Assembly: GCA_964606485.1 (NCBI GenBank)
Contig: CAZSGP010000001.1
Span: 481,085-545,084, forward strand
DNA from: an uncultured Planctomycetia bacterium
Lineage (GTDB): Bacteria > Omnitrophota > Gorgyraeia > 2-02-FULL-51-18
Direction: 5' to 3'
DNA length: 64,000 nucleotides
Both the position numbers and the translations under genes were made by a program. Of the stretch, positions 9,427 to 18,384 are shown piece by piece. The notes below the pieces were generated by a model. That model worked only from the letters and a program-made list of their open reading frames with translations, had not been told where the DNA came from and did not search any database. The stretch's first letter is position 1. Each line of letters opens with the position of its first letter.

Positions 9427-10686
9427 ATGAAGAAATTTCTTAAAGTTATCCTTGTCGTCATTCTTCTAGGTTCTTTTTTTTATGTCGTCTACGAAGTTTC
9501 GGTTTTATCCCAAAGAATCCAAAAAATAGAAAACAAACTCGGCGGCTCAGCTCGTGTGGGGTGTAACGAAAAAGACACCATTGATAAAGTGCGTAAATCA
9601 GTGGTTCGCATTGTTGGTGGCGAATCCGAAGGTTCTGGTTTCGCTGTCCAAAAGGGCGGCATGATATTGACCAACTTTCATGTAATTGACTCTGAACCCA
9701 ATCCAAAGGTTATTCTTCCCGACAATACTTTTGAAACGGCCCAGGTAGTCATGGCCGATAAGGATGCGGATCTTGCGGTTATAAAAATAAGTAAAGATCT
9801 ACCTATGCTCAGACTGGTTCACCCAGGTGGGGTAACCCCAGCTGAGGACCTTTTTGCCATTGGATTTCCACTAGGAGGCGATTTACCCGGCGAGTCGTCA
9901 GTTATTAAAGGGTCATTTTCACGCCGCACAAAAGACAAGAAGAACGGTGTTGAATATCTTCAGACCGATATGACTATGATTGGCGGCATTAGCGGTGGTC
10001 CTATGGTGAATATCTGCGGAGAAGTGGTGGGGGTAAATACGGCAGGGCTTTTATTGGGTGGCATGGGCATAGCCATTTCATCCGAATCCATCAAAGCTAA
10101 GTGGCTGCAGATGACCGCTTCCGAGGACCCTCTCAAGGACGTGCGGAAAATTGTATTCGACCCGAATAAAAACGCTATTGAAGCAGTCAGGTGTTTCTAT
10201 AATTTTCTGAAAGCAAGGCGGCTAGAAAAAGCTTTCGAGCTTTTATCCGACAACTTTGTCAGGGGATATACCTTCGAGCAATGGTCGCAGGGTTATCGGC
10301 CACTTCTGGATACGAGCATCGTGGTCATTAAACCTGACAAAAAAATAGCCAACAGGATAAACGTTAAACTTTCCACCAAAGATCTAATTGATGATGAAAT
10401 CGTTTATAAGTTTTTTGAAGGCTATTGGGACGTCCGGCAGATAGATGGGAAGTGGCTGCTCTGGAAGCCAAGGATACGAGAAGTTAAGGAGCCCGAGCAG
10501 GATTGGTTTATTGATGCAGATTTCTTAAAAGCGATGGAGGAGTTCTCGAAGACTCATAAGGATTTTGAGGAATACGCGCCGGATATGCACAGGCTATCGC
10601 TTGAGCCGGGGAACGAAAATTTAAGCGTCCAGGAACTCTACGATAAGGCCAAGGAATCGCGCACAGCGACCGCCTCCAAGAAATAG
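9427..10686 (+). CDS. Membrane-anchored trypsin-like (S1, HtrA/DegP-type) serine protease with a ~200-aa C-terminal domain of unknown function
   Basis: N-terminal TM helix ILVVILLGSFFYVVY. Catalytic triad motifs GSGFAV..ILTNFHVI (His), DLAVIKI (Asp) and GISGGPMV (Ser). The C-terminal half has no recognised motif and is possibly NTF2/SnoaL-like. Confidence 0.75.
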   Translation: MKKFLKVILVVILLGSFFYVVYEVSVLSQRIQKIENKLGGSARVGCNEKDTIDKVRKSVVRIVGGESEGSGFAVQKGGMILTNFHVIDSEPNPKVILPDNTFETAQVVMADKDADLAVIKISKDLPMLRLVHPGGVTPAEDLFAIGFPLGGDLPGESSVIKGSFSRRTKDKKNGVEYLQTDMTMIGGISGGPMVNICGEVVGVNTAGLLLGGMGIAISSESIKAKWLQMTASEDPLKDVRKIVFDPNKNAIEAVRCFYNFLKARRLEKAFELLSDNFVRGYTFEQWSQGYRPLLDTSIVVIKPDKKIANRINVKLSTKDLIDDEIVYKFFEGYWDVRQIDGKWLLWKPRIREVKEPEQDWFIDADFLKAMEEFSKTHKDFEEYAPDMHRLSLEPGNENLSVQELYDKAKESRTATASKK

Positions 10687-10730
10687 TTAATTACCTCCCG
10701 CCAACTTGCTTTCACTCTGAATCCATTGCA

Positions 10731-11573
10731 ATGTTGTGGATGGAGGGTAGAAACATGCCAAAACAACGTCATCCAGCTGTCCTAATAACCTTCATCCTTT
10801 TGTTCGTCTCGTCCGTGGGAGCGCATGCGGATAATGAGTACGTATATACGAAAGAAATAAACGGCATCACGTATCATAACGTGACCAAGGATGGGCCTGA
10901 TGCGAGTTTTATCGCAGAGGCCGAGGCAACAAGAGCCAAAGCCCAGGCTGAAGCGGATGTCAAATCACAAGTGTGGCGTGAAAGAATGGATGCCGCAGCC
11001 AGCGGGCACCCTGACGCAAACTTTGAAGCAGACAACAAAGCAAACTATGACCTCTGGGCCGCTAGCCATCCAGCAGAAGTTGCTCAGGGGATAAGAGAGC
11101 AAGCCGCCTTGGCTGCAAGGGGAGCAGAGATGGCCGAACAAATGAAAGTGGAATCTGCAAGAAACTTAGAAGAGTTTCATCAAAAAATGCTCGCTGAGGG
11201 CCGGGCACGAGGGATAGATGGTGAGAAGGCTTTCAAGTTTGCAATAGGCGAGAGTAATGAGAATCCGTACGATTTGCCTGAGGGGGTAACTTATGCTGAA
11301 TTGGCTAGATTCAAAGCCGCCGCATTGTTCGGACAAACTGCCCAAGTCTCCGCCCCAACGATTATGGAAAATCCAAGGACGTTGAGTGGGACGCCGGTGG
11401 GTTTGAGTGGTTTTGATTCGCCGCCACTAAAAAAGACCGTTCAGCTGAGTGCATCCGATGACCTCTCTATCAAACAGAGCATGGCAATCGTTAAAGTGGA
11501 CACCGCGAAAGCACCCACATCAATTCAGATGAAGGCATTGATTTCTCTCGAATCAAAACCCCACAATAGCTAG
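10731..11573 (+). CDS. Secreted Ala/Glu-rich protein of unknown function (likely true start at ATG 10755)
   Basis: Sec-type signal peptide AVLITFILLFVSSVGAHA-DN. GGAGGG lies 7 nt upstream of ATG 10755. It is the last gene of the tightly spaced 7653-11573 cluster. Confidence 0.4.
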   Translation: MLWMEGRNMPKQRHPAVLITFILLFVSSVGAHADNEYVYTKEINGITYHNVTKDGPDASFIAEAEATRAKAQAEADVKSQVWRERMDAAASGHPDANFEADNKANYDLWAASHPAEVAQGIREQAALAARGAEMAEQMKVESARNLEEFHQKMLAEGRARGIDGEKAFKFAIGESNENPYDLPEGVTYAELARFKAAALFGQTAQVSAPTIMENPRTLSGTPVGLSGFDSPPLKKTVQLSASDDLSIKQSMAIVKVDTAKAPTSIQMKALISLESKPHNS

Positions 11574-11721
11574 CCAGACAACATTTTCATTTTATTATTC
11601 AAAACTGACAAATTAAACAGATTCCGTTAGAATGCTTTTTAGTGTTGCCTGAGACTTTTTCAAGAAAACATGGTGAACATATGGCGAAACTTACTGACAA
11701 GCAGATTGAGCAAGTGAAAAA

Positions 11722-12480
11722 ATGAAGAAATTGAGGTTTCGAGCCAGAGAGGTTAAGCCCAGTGTTAGAAGATATAAACGAGGCCTTATAAGGCAAATCG
11801 CGAGTTTTTATAATTTGTCTCGTAACCCAGAGTTTCTAAGAGATATTAAATCGGTAAGAAGAGATTTTGGGATGGAATTACCACGACGCGATGGCAAGCC
11901 ACCACCGTATGCGGGGCTTGGCGGATGGCGCGCTAAGAAAGCGCTGTTTAAAAAATTAAAAGAAGAGTGCGGTGATATGCCGATATTTAATATTTTGCGC
12001 GGCTCCTACGATGTTTATCATTTATATGGGCATATGCTTTACAGAGTTAAGCACTCATTCTGGGGAAGGCTACAACAACTAACCGATAAATGGCACATAC
12101 GAAAAGACGATGCCTTTGCTATCGTGTATGGTAATGATTATCCACCATACCCAGGGTATTTTAAAGGGCAGGAGCGCCTGACCTTATATCAGCTAATCTT
12201 AAGAGAAACAGAGGAAATGCAGCCTCCGTCCGAAAATTTTATAGAAAAGGTGCGTAAATTAAGAAAAAATCCTGAGCCCAAGAGGTTTTGGTGGATAGAT
12301 CGATTTCAAAATAAGTCCCTCTCCACTCTAATCAGGCCTTACCTGAATAAGAAGGTAAGCGCTAGAAAAATTTGCGATGAGCTTCTTGAGAACAGTTGTG
12401 TTGATAAAGATGGCAACCCTTATACATATGAAGCGGTAAGAAAAGCAACGTATAGGACGAATAAGAAAATGGGACAATAA
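11722..12480 (+). CDS. Basic hypothetical protein (252 aa), possibly element-associated
   Basis: Long ORF on the same strand. It is preceded by an AT-rich region and by a 14-codon upstream ORF whose TGA stop overlaps its ATG. A terminator follows. Confidence 0.3.
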   Translation: MKKLRFRAREVKPSVRRYKRGLIRQIASFYNLSRNPEFLRDIKSVRRDFGMELPRRDGKPPPYAGLGGWRAKKALFKKLKEECGDMPIFNILRGSYDVYHLYGHMLYRVKHSFWGRLQQLTDKWHIRKDDAFAIVYGNDYPPYPGYFKGQERLTLYQLILRETEEMQPPSENFIEKVRKLRKNPEPKRFWWIDRFQNKSLSTLIRPYLNKKVSARKICDELLENSCVDKDGNPYTYEAVRKATYRTNKKMGQ

Positions 12481-12537
12481 CGACACCAAAAAAAGTTCTT
12501 TAGCGGGCTTCCGTTTTGCCTGCCTTGCAGTAAAATT

Positions 12538-12568
12538 CCCAACACGATAGGTGTTGGGTTTTTTATTT
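12538..12568 (+). terminator. Rho-independent terminator
   Basis: Stem CCCAACAC / GTGTTGGG with loop GATAG, followed by TTTTTTATTT. Confidence 0.65.
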
Positions 12569-12693
12569 GTGGAGGAAACTGTGTCGAACAAGAGTTTAGA
12601 AATGATAGAAGGCCATGTGAATAATGATTCGCTGTTTGCCTTAGCTCGTTTTTCCAGCCTACAACATTTTTTATTCCTCAGCCCTTCTACAGC

Positions 12694-12972
12694 ATGGGAC
12701 GACCGATGTTAGAAATCACCGAGATCAATATAACCCCACTTAAACCGCAAGGCAGTCTTCTGGGATTTGCCAGTTTTGTATTAAATGGCCAATTCTATGT
12801 AGGCGGAGTCGCGATTCATGCAGATTTTCAAAACAGGGGCTGTCGCCTCGTGTATATCACAAAAAAACTGAAAAATGGGGAGGATGTGCCTTTATTTCAT
12901 CCTATTAATAAAGAAACGGCGGAGAAAGTCCAGCAGGCAATCTCCTCCGCGTGGGAGTTGTTGTTTAAATAA
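12694..12972 (+). CDS. spoVG: SpoVG-family nucleic-acid-binding protein (likely true start ATG 12706, MLEITE...)
   Basis: MLEITEINITPL..GSLLGFASFVLNGQFYVGGVAIH..HPIN..T...VQQAI follows the SpoVG pattern MEITDVRL..ASITLD.EFVVHDIRVI....HPIN...R..IQDAV. Confidence 0.65.
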   Translation: MGRPMLEITEINITPLKPQGSLLGFASFVLNGQFYVGGVAIHADFQNRGCRLVYITKKLKNGEDVPLFHPINKETAEKVQQAISSAWELLFK

Positions 12973-13025
12973 CTGTTATCTGGAGAAAAAGTGATGAAAA
13001 GAATTATCCGAAAGTTGGTTGACCG

Positions 13026-15191
13026 ATGAACAGCCCCGAAGAATTGAAGGACAAATCCTTATCAAGTCCGGAGTATGGGGACATAAATAAATATCTCAAT
13101 ATCTTGTTCCAAGAACTTGAGAGCGAGTACATCGAAGTTAGATTTCTCGGTGGGTCGCTAGCATTAAGCCCAAAGTTTTATTCAAGTACTAGTAAATTAA
13201 TCGAGGAATACCCAACATTAATTAATTTACCCTGTAATGTTTACGTTGGTGTTTGCCCGAGAAGAGAAAGAAAGGGCGATAAGAAGTCAGTAAGCCGCAT
13301 CCGTTGTCTATGGTTGGACCTTGACGCCAAAACATTCTCAGGAGGGAAAGGGGAGATCCTGAAGCGGCTGCAAGAGTTTATGGTAAAGACGACAATGATT
13401 ATTGATAGCGGCAACGGCTATCATGCCTATTGGGCCCTAAAGGAACCCGAAACAAACCAAGAATTAATCGAGGTGTATCTCCGAAGCCTCGCTAGCGTAC
13501 TGGGTGCAGATAAAAGTGTGTGCGAGGTCGCGCACATATTAAGACCTCCGAAATCGTTTAACCGTAAGGACCCTTCCAAGCCTCTTCTAGTTCAGGCGGT
13601 CAGTATTCACGAGTCGCTTAGTTACAATTTGTCCGATTTTGATATTTTTCTTCAAAAGGAAGAAAAAGCAAACACTCAATTCGTAAGCAAATCAAAGGAC
13701 TGGATGGTTGATGCTCTGAGCGGTCTGGCTGAGGGTAACCGAAACGCGACCTTTGCCAGTATCGTGGGAAGGCTGCTCCGAGACGGCCACTCCTCCGATG
13801 AAATATACGCACTGCTTTTACCACACGCAGAGAAATGTCGGTTTCCGGCGGGTGAATTGCGGGGTGAGATTGATGGGATATCAAAACGGTATTCGAAACC
13901 CACAATTAAGTTGCTCGCTCCGCCGTCTGACTCAAGAAACCAATGGCCAGACTCAATGAAGCCAGCTGCGTATTACGGCTTGGTTGGCGATCTCGTGAGA
14001 ATCATTGAGCCGCATAGCGAATCGGACCCTGTGGCGCTACTTTCCATGATGATAGTTGGCATCGGCAACATGATTGGGCGAGGACCGCATCTTTTAGTTG
14101 AGGCTACTCGGCATTATCTGAATCTATTTGTTGTTGTTGTGGGCGCTTCAAGCCGGGCCAGAAAAGGTACAGCTTGGGGCCATGTTGAGATGATTTGTAG
14201 CCGTCTCGATGCAAACTGGGCTAAAAATTGTATAAACAAAGGGCTAGCCTCTGGCGAAGGACTCATCTGGAGTGTTCGTGACCCAATCTACAAGCTCCGT
14301 AAAAAGAAATCAGGAGAGTATGAAGAAGTTATGGAAGATAAAGGTGTCGATGACAAGAGAGTCCTTGTAATTGAAGAAGAATTTTCTTCACCGCTCAAAC
14401 TTATGCAGCGAGAAGGCAATATTCTCTCGCCAACTTTGCGCTGCGCCTGGGATAAGGGTAGTTTTCAAAGCTTAACCAAAAACACACCTGTAAAAGCAAC
14501 GGACGCACACCCATCAGTTATTGGGCATGTCACAAAAGACGAGCTTCTTCGGTGCTTTGACAAAACAGAGGCTGCTAATGGATTTGGGAACCGCATTTTA
14601 TGGTTGTGTACTAAGCGTAGCAAAGAGCTGCCCGATGGAGGATGTGTTCCCGAAGAGGAACTGGCTCCGATTCTTTTAGATTTGGCAGAAGCGGTAAATT
14701 GGGCAAGAACAGTTCAGGCGCTTAAACGCGATGAAGAAGCCAGGAAACTGTGGCATGAGGTGTATTCAGAATTAACAAGGGACACACCCGGCCTGCTTGG
14801 TGCTGTTATTTCACGGGCTGAGGCACAGGTGTCCAGGCTTTCATGTTTTTATGCGCTTTTAGATAAGTCACCGGTCATTCGAGTTGTTCACTTGAGGGCA
14901 GCACTTGCGTTCTGGGACTATGCGGAGCAGTCAGCCCGTCACATTTTTGGGGATCGATTAGGTTACCCCGAAGCAGATGAGATTTTGCAAGCCCTGCGAA
15001 CCAACCCACAAGGACTGACTCGGACTCAAATCCAGCAGCTTTTTCAGCGCAACAAGACTGCTGAGCACATACAGAAGGCCCTAGAGTTCCTCCATCATAA
15101 TCAATTTGCAGAAAAAATAATCGAAGAGACGAGCGGGAGACCGGCTGAGCGGTGGGTTGTGAAGGGAGTAAGTACGAATGAAACGAAATAA
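13026..15191 (+). CDS. Replication protein with an N-terminal bifunctional primase-polymerase (prim-pol) domain, 721 aa
   Basis: Prim-pol motifs LWLDLDAK (DxD), SGNGYHAYW and HILRPPKSFNRK at nt ~13306-13580. The C-terminal two-thirds are unassigned. The GASSRARKGT segment is not a canonical Walker A. Confidence 0.65.
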   Translation: MNSPEELKDKSLSSPEYGDINKYLNILFQELESEYIEVRFLGGSLALSPKFYSSTSKLIEEYPTLINLPCNVYVGVCPRRERKGDKKSVSRIRCLWLDLDAKTFSGGKGEILKRLQEFMVKTTMIIDSGNGYHAYWALKEPETNQELIEVYLRSLASVLGADKSVCEVAHILRPPKSFNRKDPSKPLLVQAVSIHESLSYNLSDFDIFLQKEEKANTQFVSKSKDWMVDALSGLAEGNRNATFASIVGRLLRDGHSSDEIYALLLPHAEKCRFPAGELRGEIDGISKRYSKPTIKLLAPPSDSRNQWPDSMKPAAYYGLVGDLVRIIEPHSESDPVALLSMMIVGIGNMIGRGPHLLVEATRHYLNLFVVVVGASSRARKGTAWGHVEMICSRLDANWAKNCINKGLASGEGLIWSVRDPIYKLRKKKSGEYEEVMEDKGVDDKRVLVIEEEFSSPLKLMQREGNILSPTLRCAWDKGSFQSLTKNTPVKATDAHPSVIGHVTKDELLRCFDKTEAANGFGNRILWLCTKRSKELPDGGCVPEEELAPILLDLAEAVNWARTVQALKRDEEARKLWHEVYSELTRDTPGLLGAVISRAEAQVSRLSCFYALLDKSPVIRVVHLRAALAFWDYAEQSARHIFGDRLGYPEADEILQALRTNPQGLTRTQIQQLFQRNKTAEHIQKALEFLHHNQFAEKIIEETSGRPAERWVVKGVSTNETK

Positions 15192-15261
15192 CAACCCTCC
15201 CATACCTTACTTCGTCAATTTCGTTTATTTCGTACGCCTATACAACTAAGCGGGGTGTCTT

Positions 15262-16890
15262 GTGGCGTTGCGAAATAAGCGAAAGAAAAAGAAAGAAGCC
15301 AAAAGCCACATTCCGAGTGTGGAAGAGCTCAAGATTTCCTATGACAAGGAGCTTCGAGCTCACAACTACCTGAGAGCCTATCTTGATGACTTAAACATTC
15401 CAATTCGTGATCGTGAAAAGCGGATGCCGGAATTTGAGTTAATTCTTTCTCGATTGAATGACCTGATTGGAGGGATAGAAGAACGATGGCGTCCGATGAC
15501 GGGCGATGAGATTCTTAATGGGTTTTCCAAAACCAGTGAATTGGGTCCCGATGAATTAAAGAACAGCCCGGTTCTGACGTCAGTTCCTACACTACCCAAA
15601 GATTTTGAGTTGGGTGATGAATTCAGAGAGTGCTTTGCAAAAGTAGAACAGGGCAAATCTCTTCTTCTAGAAGGTAATGCAGGCACCGGCAAAACAACTT
15701 TTCTAACTTACTGGAGCCGAAATACCAAAAAAAACTATGTGATTGTGGCCCCTACGGGAATTGCGGCAATAAACTCCGGCGGACAGACAATACACTCCTT
15801 CTTTAAGTTCCCACCCGAGCTAGTTCAAAAAAAGGATGTTCGCGAGCTTCAGCGCATTGGGCAAGTGTTTAGGGTACTTGATGTGCTCGTTATTGATGAA
15901 GTTTCCATGCTGCGAGCGGATTTGCTGGACGCCATCGACTACTCCTTACGAATAAATAGAAAAGTGCATGATGTGCCCTTTGGTGGTGTTCAGATAATTC
16001 TTATTGGAGATTTATGCCAGCTTCCGCCGATTGTTGATAAGGAGCTGGCTGAGCATTTTGGCGAGCTCTATGACACGCCCTATTTTTTTAGCGCGAAAGT
16101 TTTCAGTGATGCTCAGTTTCATCAATTCATTCTAAAAAAGAATTACAGGCAGCGAGACGCGAAGTTCATGTCTTTGCTGAATAAGGTTAGAAACCGAAGC
16201 ATCACCGAAGATGATTTACGGTTACTGAACACTCGCGTTAATTCTGTTCTCGCCGAGACATGGGATAATGCGATTCGACTGACACCCACAAACGCTGCAG
16301 CAAATGCTATAAACCAAATTCGTCTGGCAGAATTACCAGGGAAAGAGTTTTTGTATGAAGCTGTCATCAAGGGTGATTTTGACAACGCATTGTATCCCAC
16401 CGAAACCCAGCTAAAACTGAAAGTTGGCGCTCAGGTTCTCATGGTTAAAAACGATAACCCCAGTCGACGTTGGGTTAACGGCAGCATCGGAGAAGTTATC
16501 GAACTAAATTCTGATGCTGTGAAGGTGCGAATCGGCCATGGCGTTCATGATGTAACGCCCGTAATCTGGGAAAAAATTAAGTACAGGCATGACGAGCAGA
16601 CTGACGGTATTGTCTCAGATGTTGTCGGTAGTTTTGAACAATATCCAATCAGGCTTGCTTGGGCCGTCACGATTCACAAAAGCCAAGGCTTAACATTTGA
16701 CCGTGTTGTGGTCGATTTTGGTGAAGGCACATTTGTGCACGGGCAATGCTACGTTGCATTGAGTCGATGCAGATCCATCGAAGGCCTTGTCTTAAAGCGT
16801 GCCGTTAATTTTAGTGACATTATTTATGATGAACGGATTCATCGAATTTCCAAACTTTTCACGCCGCATGAAGGAAATCCCACGCTATGA
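15262..16890 (+). CDS. Pif1/RecD-family SF1 DNA helicase (542 aa)
   Basis: Walker A GNAGTGKTTFL, motif II VLVIDEVSML, ILIGDLCQLPPI and the C-terminal motif YAVTIHKSQGLTFDRVVV. Confidence 0.8.
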   Translation: MALRNKRKKKKEAKSHIPSVEELKISYDKELRAHNYLRAYLDDLNIPIRDREKRMPEFELILSRLNDLIGGIEERWRPMTGDEILNGFSKTSELGPDELKNSPVLTSVPTLPKDFELGDEFRECFAKVEQGKSLLLEGNAGTGKTTFLTYWSRNTKKNYVIVAPTGIAAINSGGQTIHSFFKFPPELVQKKDVRELQRIGQVFRVLDVLVIDEVSMLRADLLDAIDYSLRINRKVHDVPFGGVQIILIGDLCQLPPIVDKELAEHFGELYDTPYFFSAKVFSDAQFHQFILKKNYRQRDAKFMSLLNKVRNRSITEDDLRLLNTRVNSVLAETWDNAIRLTPTNAAANAINQIRLAELPGKEFLYEAVIKGDFDNALYPTETQLKLKVGAQVLMVKNDNPSRRWVNGSIGEVIELNSDAVKVRIGHGVHDVTPVIWEKIKYRHDEQTDGIVSDVVGSFEQYPIRLAWAVTIHKSQGLTFDRVVVDFGEGTFVHGQCYVALSRCRSIEGLVLKRAVNFSDIIYDERIHRISKLFTPHEGNPTL

Positions 16891-17011
16891 CAGAGACCAA
16901 ACCTCCTCTGTCATCAAGGCAAACCTCCACAAAAGCCAAAGTTAATCAACTTGCTGTGTCGCCCCAACCAACGGTAACATCCCGACCAATTCGGCTGAAA
17001 CGGAGTCCCAA

Positions 17012-18067
17012 ATGTTAGACGCCCTTGAGCGTGCAGGCATGTCCAACGCTCTGATACTCCCAAGCGATGTGCCTGCCCAAAAGGTGATTGCTTCAAAGGC
17101 GAGCTTCGTTTCAGCCGAGAAAGGAGTCAGTTTTGAACCGGTCCTTCAGAAGTTCTTGGATTACCTGAAGGTCCGGAATTATTCGGAGAAAACGCTTATT
17201 CGTTACCGGCGGGATTTAAGATTTTTGTTTCAATTTTTAAGCGCGGAGCGGGGAATTATATCAATTGATGACGTCACCAAAAAAGACCTTATGGAATATG
17301 AAAACGTCGTTTATTCATCAATGCGGTTAAAGGGTGATAGGCCCTTGAGTCAGGAAACAAAAGTTGGAAGGATTGTCGCCCTTAAAAGTTTTTATAATTT
17401 CCTGTCCAAGACTGAACTTATTCCCTTCAACCCCGCCTCGACAATTGATATTCCAGTGGTGCGAAACAATAAACTTCGCCAGTTTCTTACAGAAGATGAG
17501 GTTATTAAACTCCTTGAAGCGGCCAACGGTAAAGAGCCCCTCGAAGTCCGAAACCGCACCATTCTTGAACTTTTATATTCGACCGGCATAAGGGCCGATG
17601 AGCTCTTGAATGTAAGCTTAAAAGACATTGATCTTGAAAAACAGGAACTTCACATTCGTTTTGGAAAGGGCAGGATGGGCAAAAGAGAGCGTCTTGTTCC
17701 TATCGGTAAAATTGCAGCAGAGTGGCTTAAGCTTTACATCACCCATACAAGGCCAGTTTTCCAAAGGCGGGAGGACCAAGGGTATCTCTTTATATCCAAG
17801 AACGGCAGAAAACTTATGATTGCCGATCCCAACCGCATCGTTAAGCTTTACGCCAAGAAAGCCGCTATCGAGAAAAAAATTGTCTGCCATTCGCTGCGGC
17901 ATAGCTGCGCTACGCATATGCACCAGCATGGCTGCGACATTCGATTCATCCAAGAACTCCTTGGCCACGACTCAATCGAAACGACAACGATTTACACAAG
18001 GTTGGCCATCGACGATTTGAAGGAAATCCACGACAAAACCCATCCCAGGGAGCTTGACACTTCATGA
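17012..18067 (+). CDS. Tyrosine recombinase (XerC/D-like), first of a trio of adjacent recombinase genes (RitA-like)
   Basis: Core-binding domain plus catalytic residues LYSTGIR, GKGRMGKRER, HSLRHSCATH, LLGHDS and TTTIYTRL (Tyr). Confidence 0.8.
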   Translation: MLDALERAGMSNALILPSDVPAQKVIASKASFVSAEKGVSFEPVLQKFLDYLKVRNYSEKTLIRYRRDLRFLFQFLSAERGIISIDDVTKKDLMEYENVVYSSMRLKGDRPLSQETKVGRIVALKSFYNFLSKTELIPFNPASTIDIPVVRNNKLRQFLTEDEVIKLLEAANGKEPLEVRNRTILELLYSTGIRADELLNVSLKDIDLEKQELHIRFGKGRMGKRERLVPIGKIAAEWLKLYITHTRPVFQRREDQGYLFISKNGRKLMIADPNRIVKLYAKKAAIEKKIVCHSLRHSCATHMHQHGCDIRFIQELLGHDSIETTTIYTRLAIDDLKEIHDKTHPRELDTS

Positions 18068-18384
18068 AAGAGCTCTGGATGTATCTGGACCATCTATCGA
18101 AGGCGGGTCGGCAATTCATCACGGTCGATATATATAGGAGAGACCTGGGTCTTTTGGCCGACTTTTTATTTCGGGCGAAGAATAAAAACCTTGTCAGTGC
18201 CAGCACCGAAGACATCGAACCTTTTATGTATGAAACAAGTCAGCGTCTTTGCCAGTGGTGCTACTACAACCGGTATAACCGGATTTGGAACCTTTACAAC
18301 TTTTTTAAGACCGAAGGGCTCATTGGTGAAAATCCAATGGATGCAATCCCTCGGCCCAAAGCGCCAAGACGGGTTCGCCGATGA
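18064..18384 (+). pseudogene. Truncated tyrosine recombinase carrying only the N-terminal SAM-like core-binding domain (106 aa), middle member of the trio
   Basis: ATGA overlaps at both junctions (18064 and 18381). The sequence resembles the Xer N-terminal domain and no catalytic domain follows before the next full recombinase. Confidence 0.5.

Noticed and set aside
10891-11094. Plus-strand 67-aa ORF, plus similar internal alternative-frame ORFs (17364..17591, 17628..17819, 17820..18020, 18191..18457, 5022..5294, 42739..42981)
   Set aside because: These are overlapping alternative frames inside well-supported genes and have no independent features.
11681-11725. 14-codon upstream ORF (MAKLTDKQIEQVKK) whose TGA overlaps the ATG of gene 11722..12480
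   Set aside because: It is too short to assess and may be a leader peptide or chance. It is noted only as possible translational coupling.
14101-14180. Possible Walker A (P-loop) in the prim-pol protein (VVVVGASSRARKGTAW)
   Set aside because: It does not fit GxxxxGK[ST]. It cannot be supported as an NTPase motif without profile evidence, so only the prim-pol domain is called.
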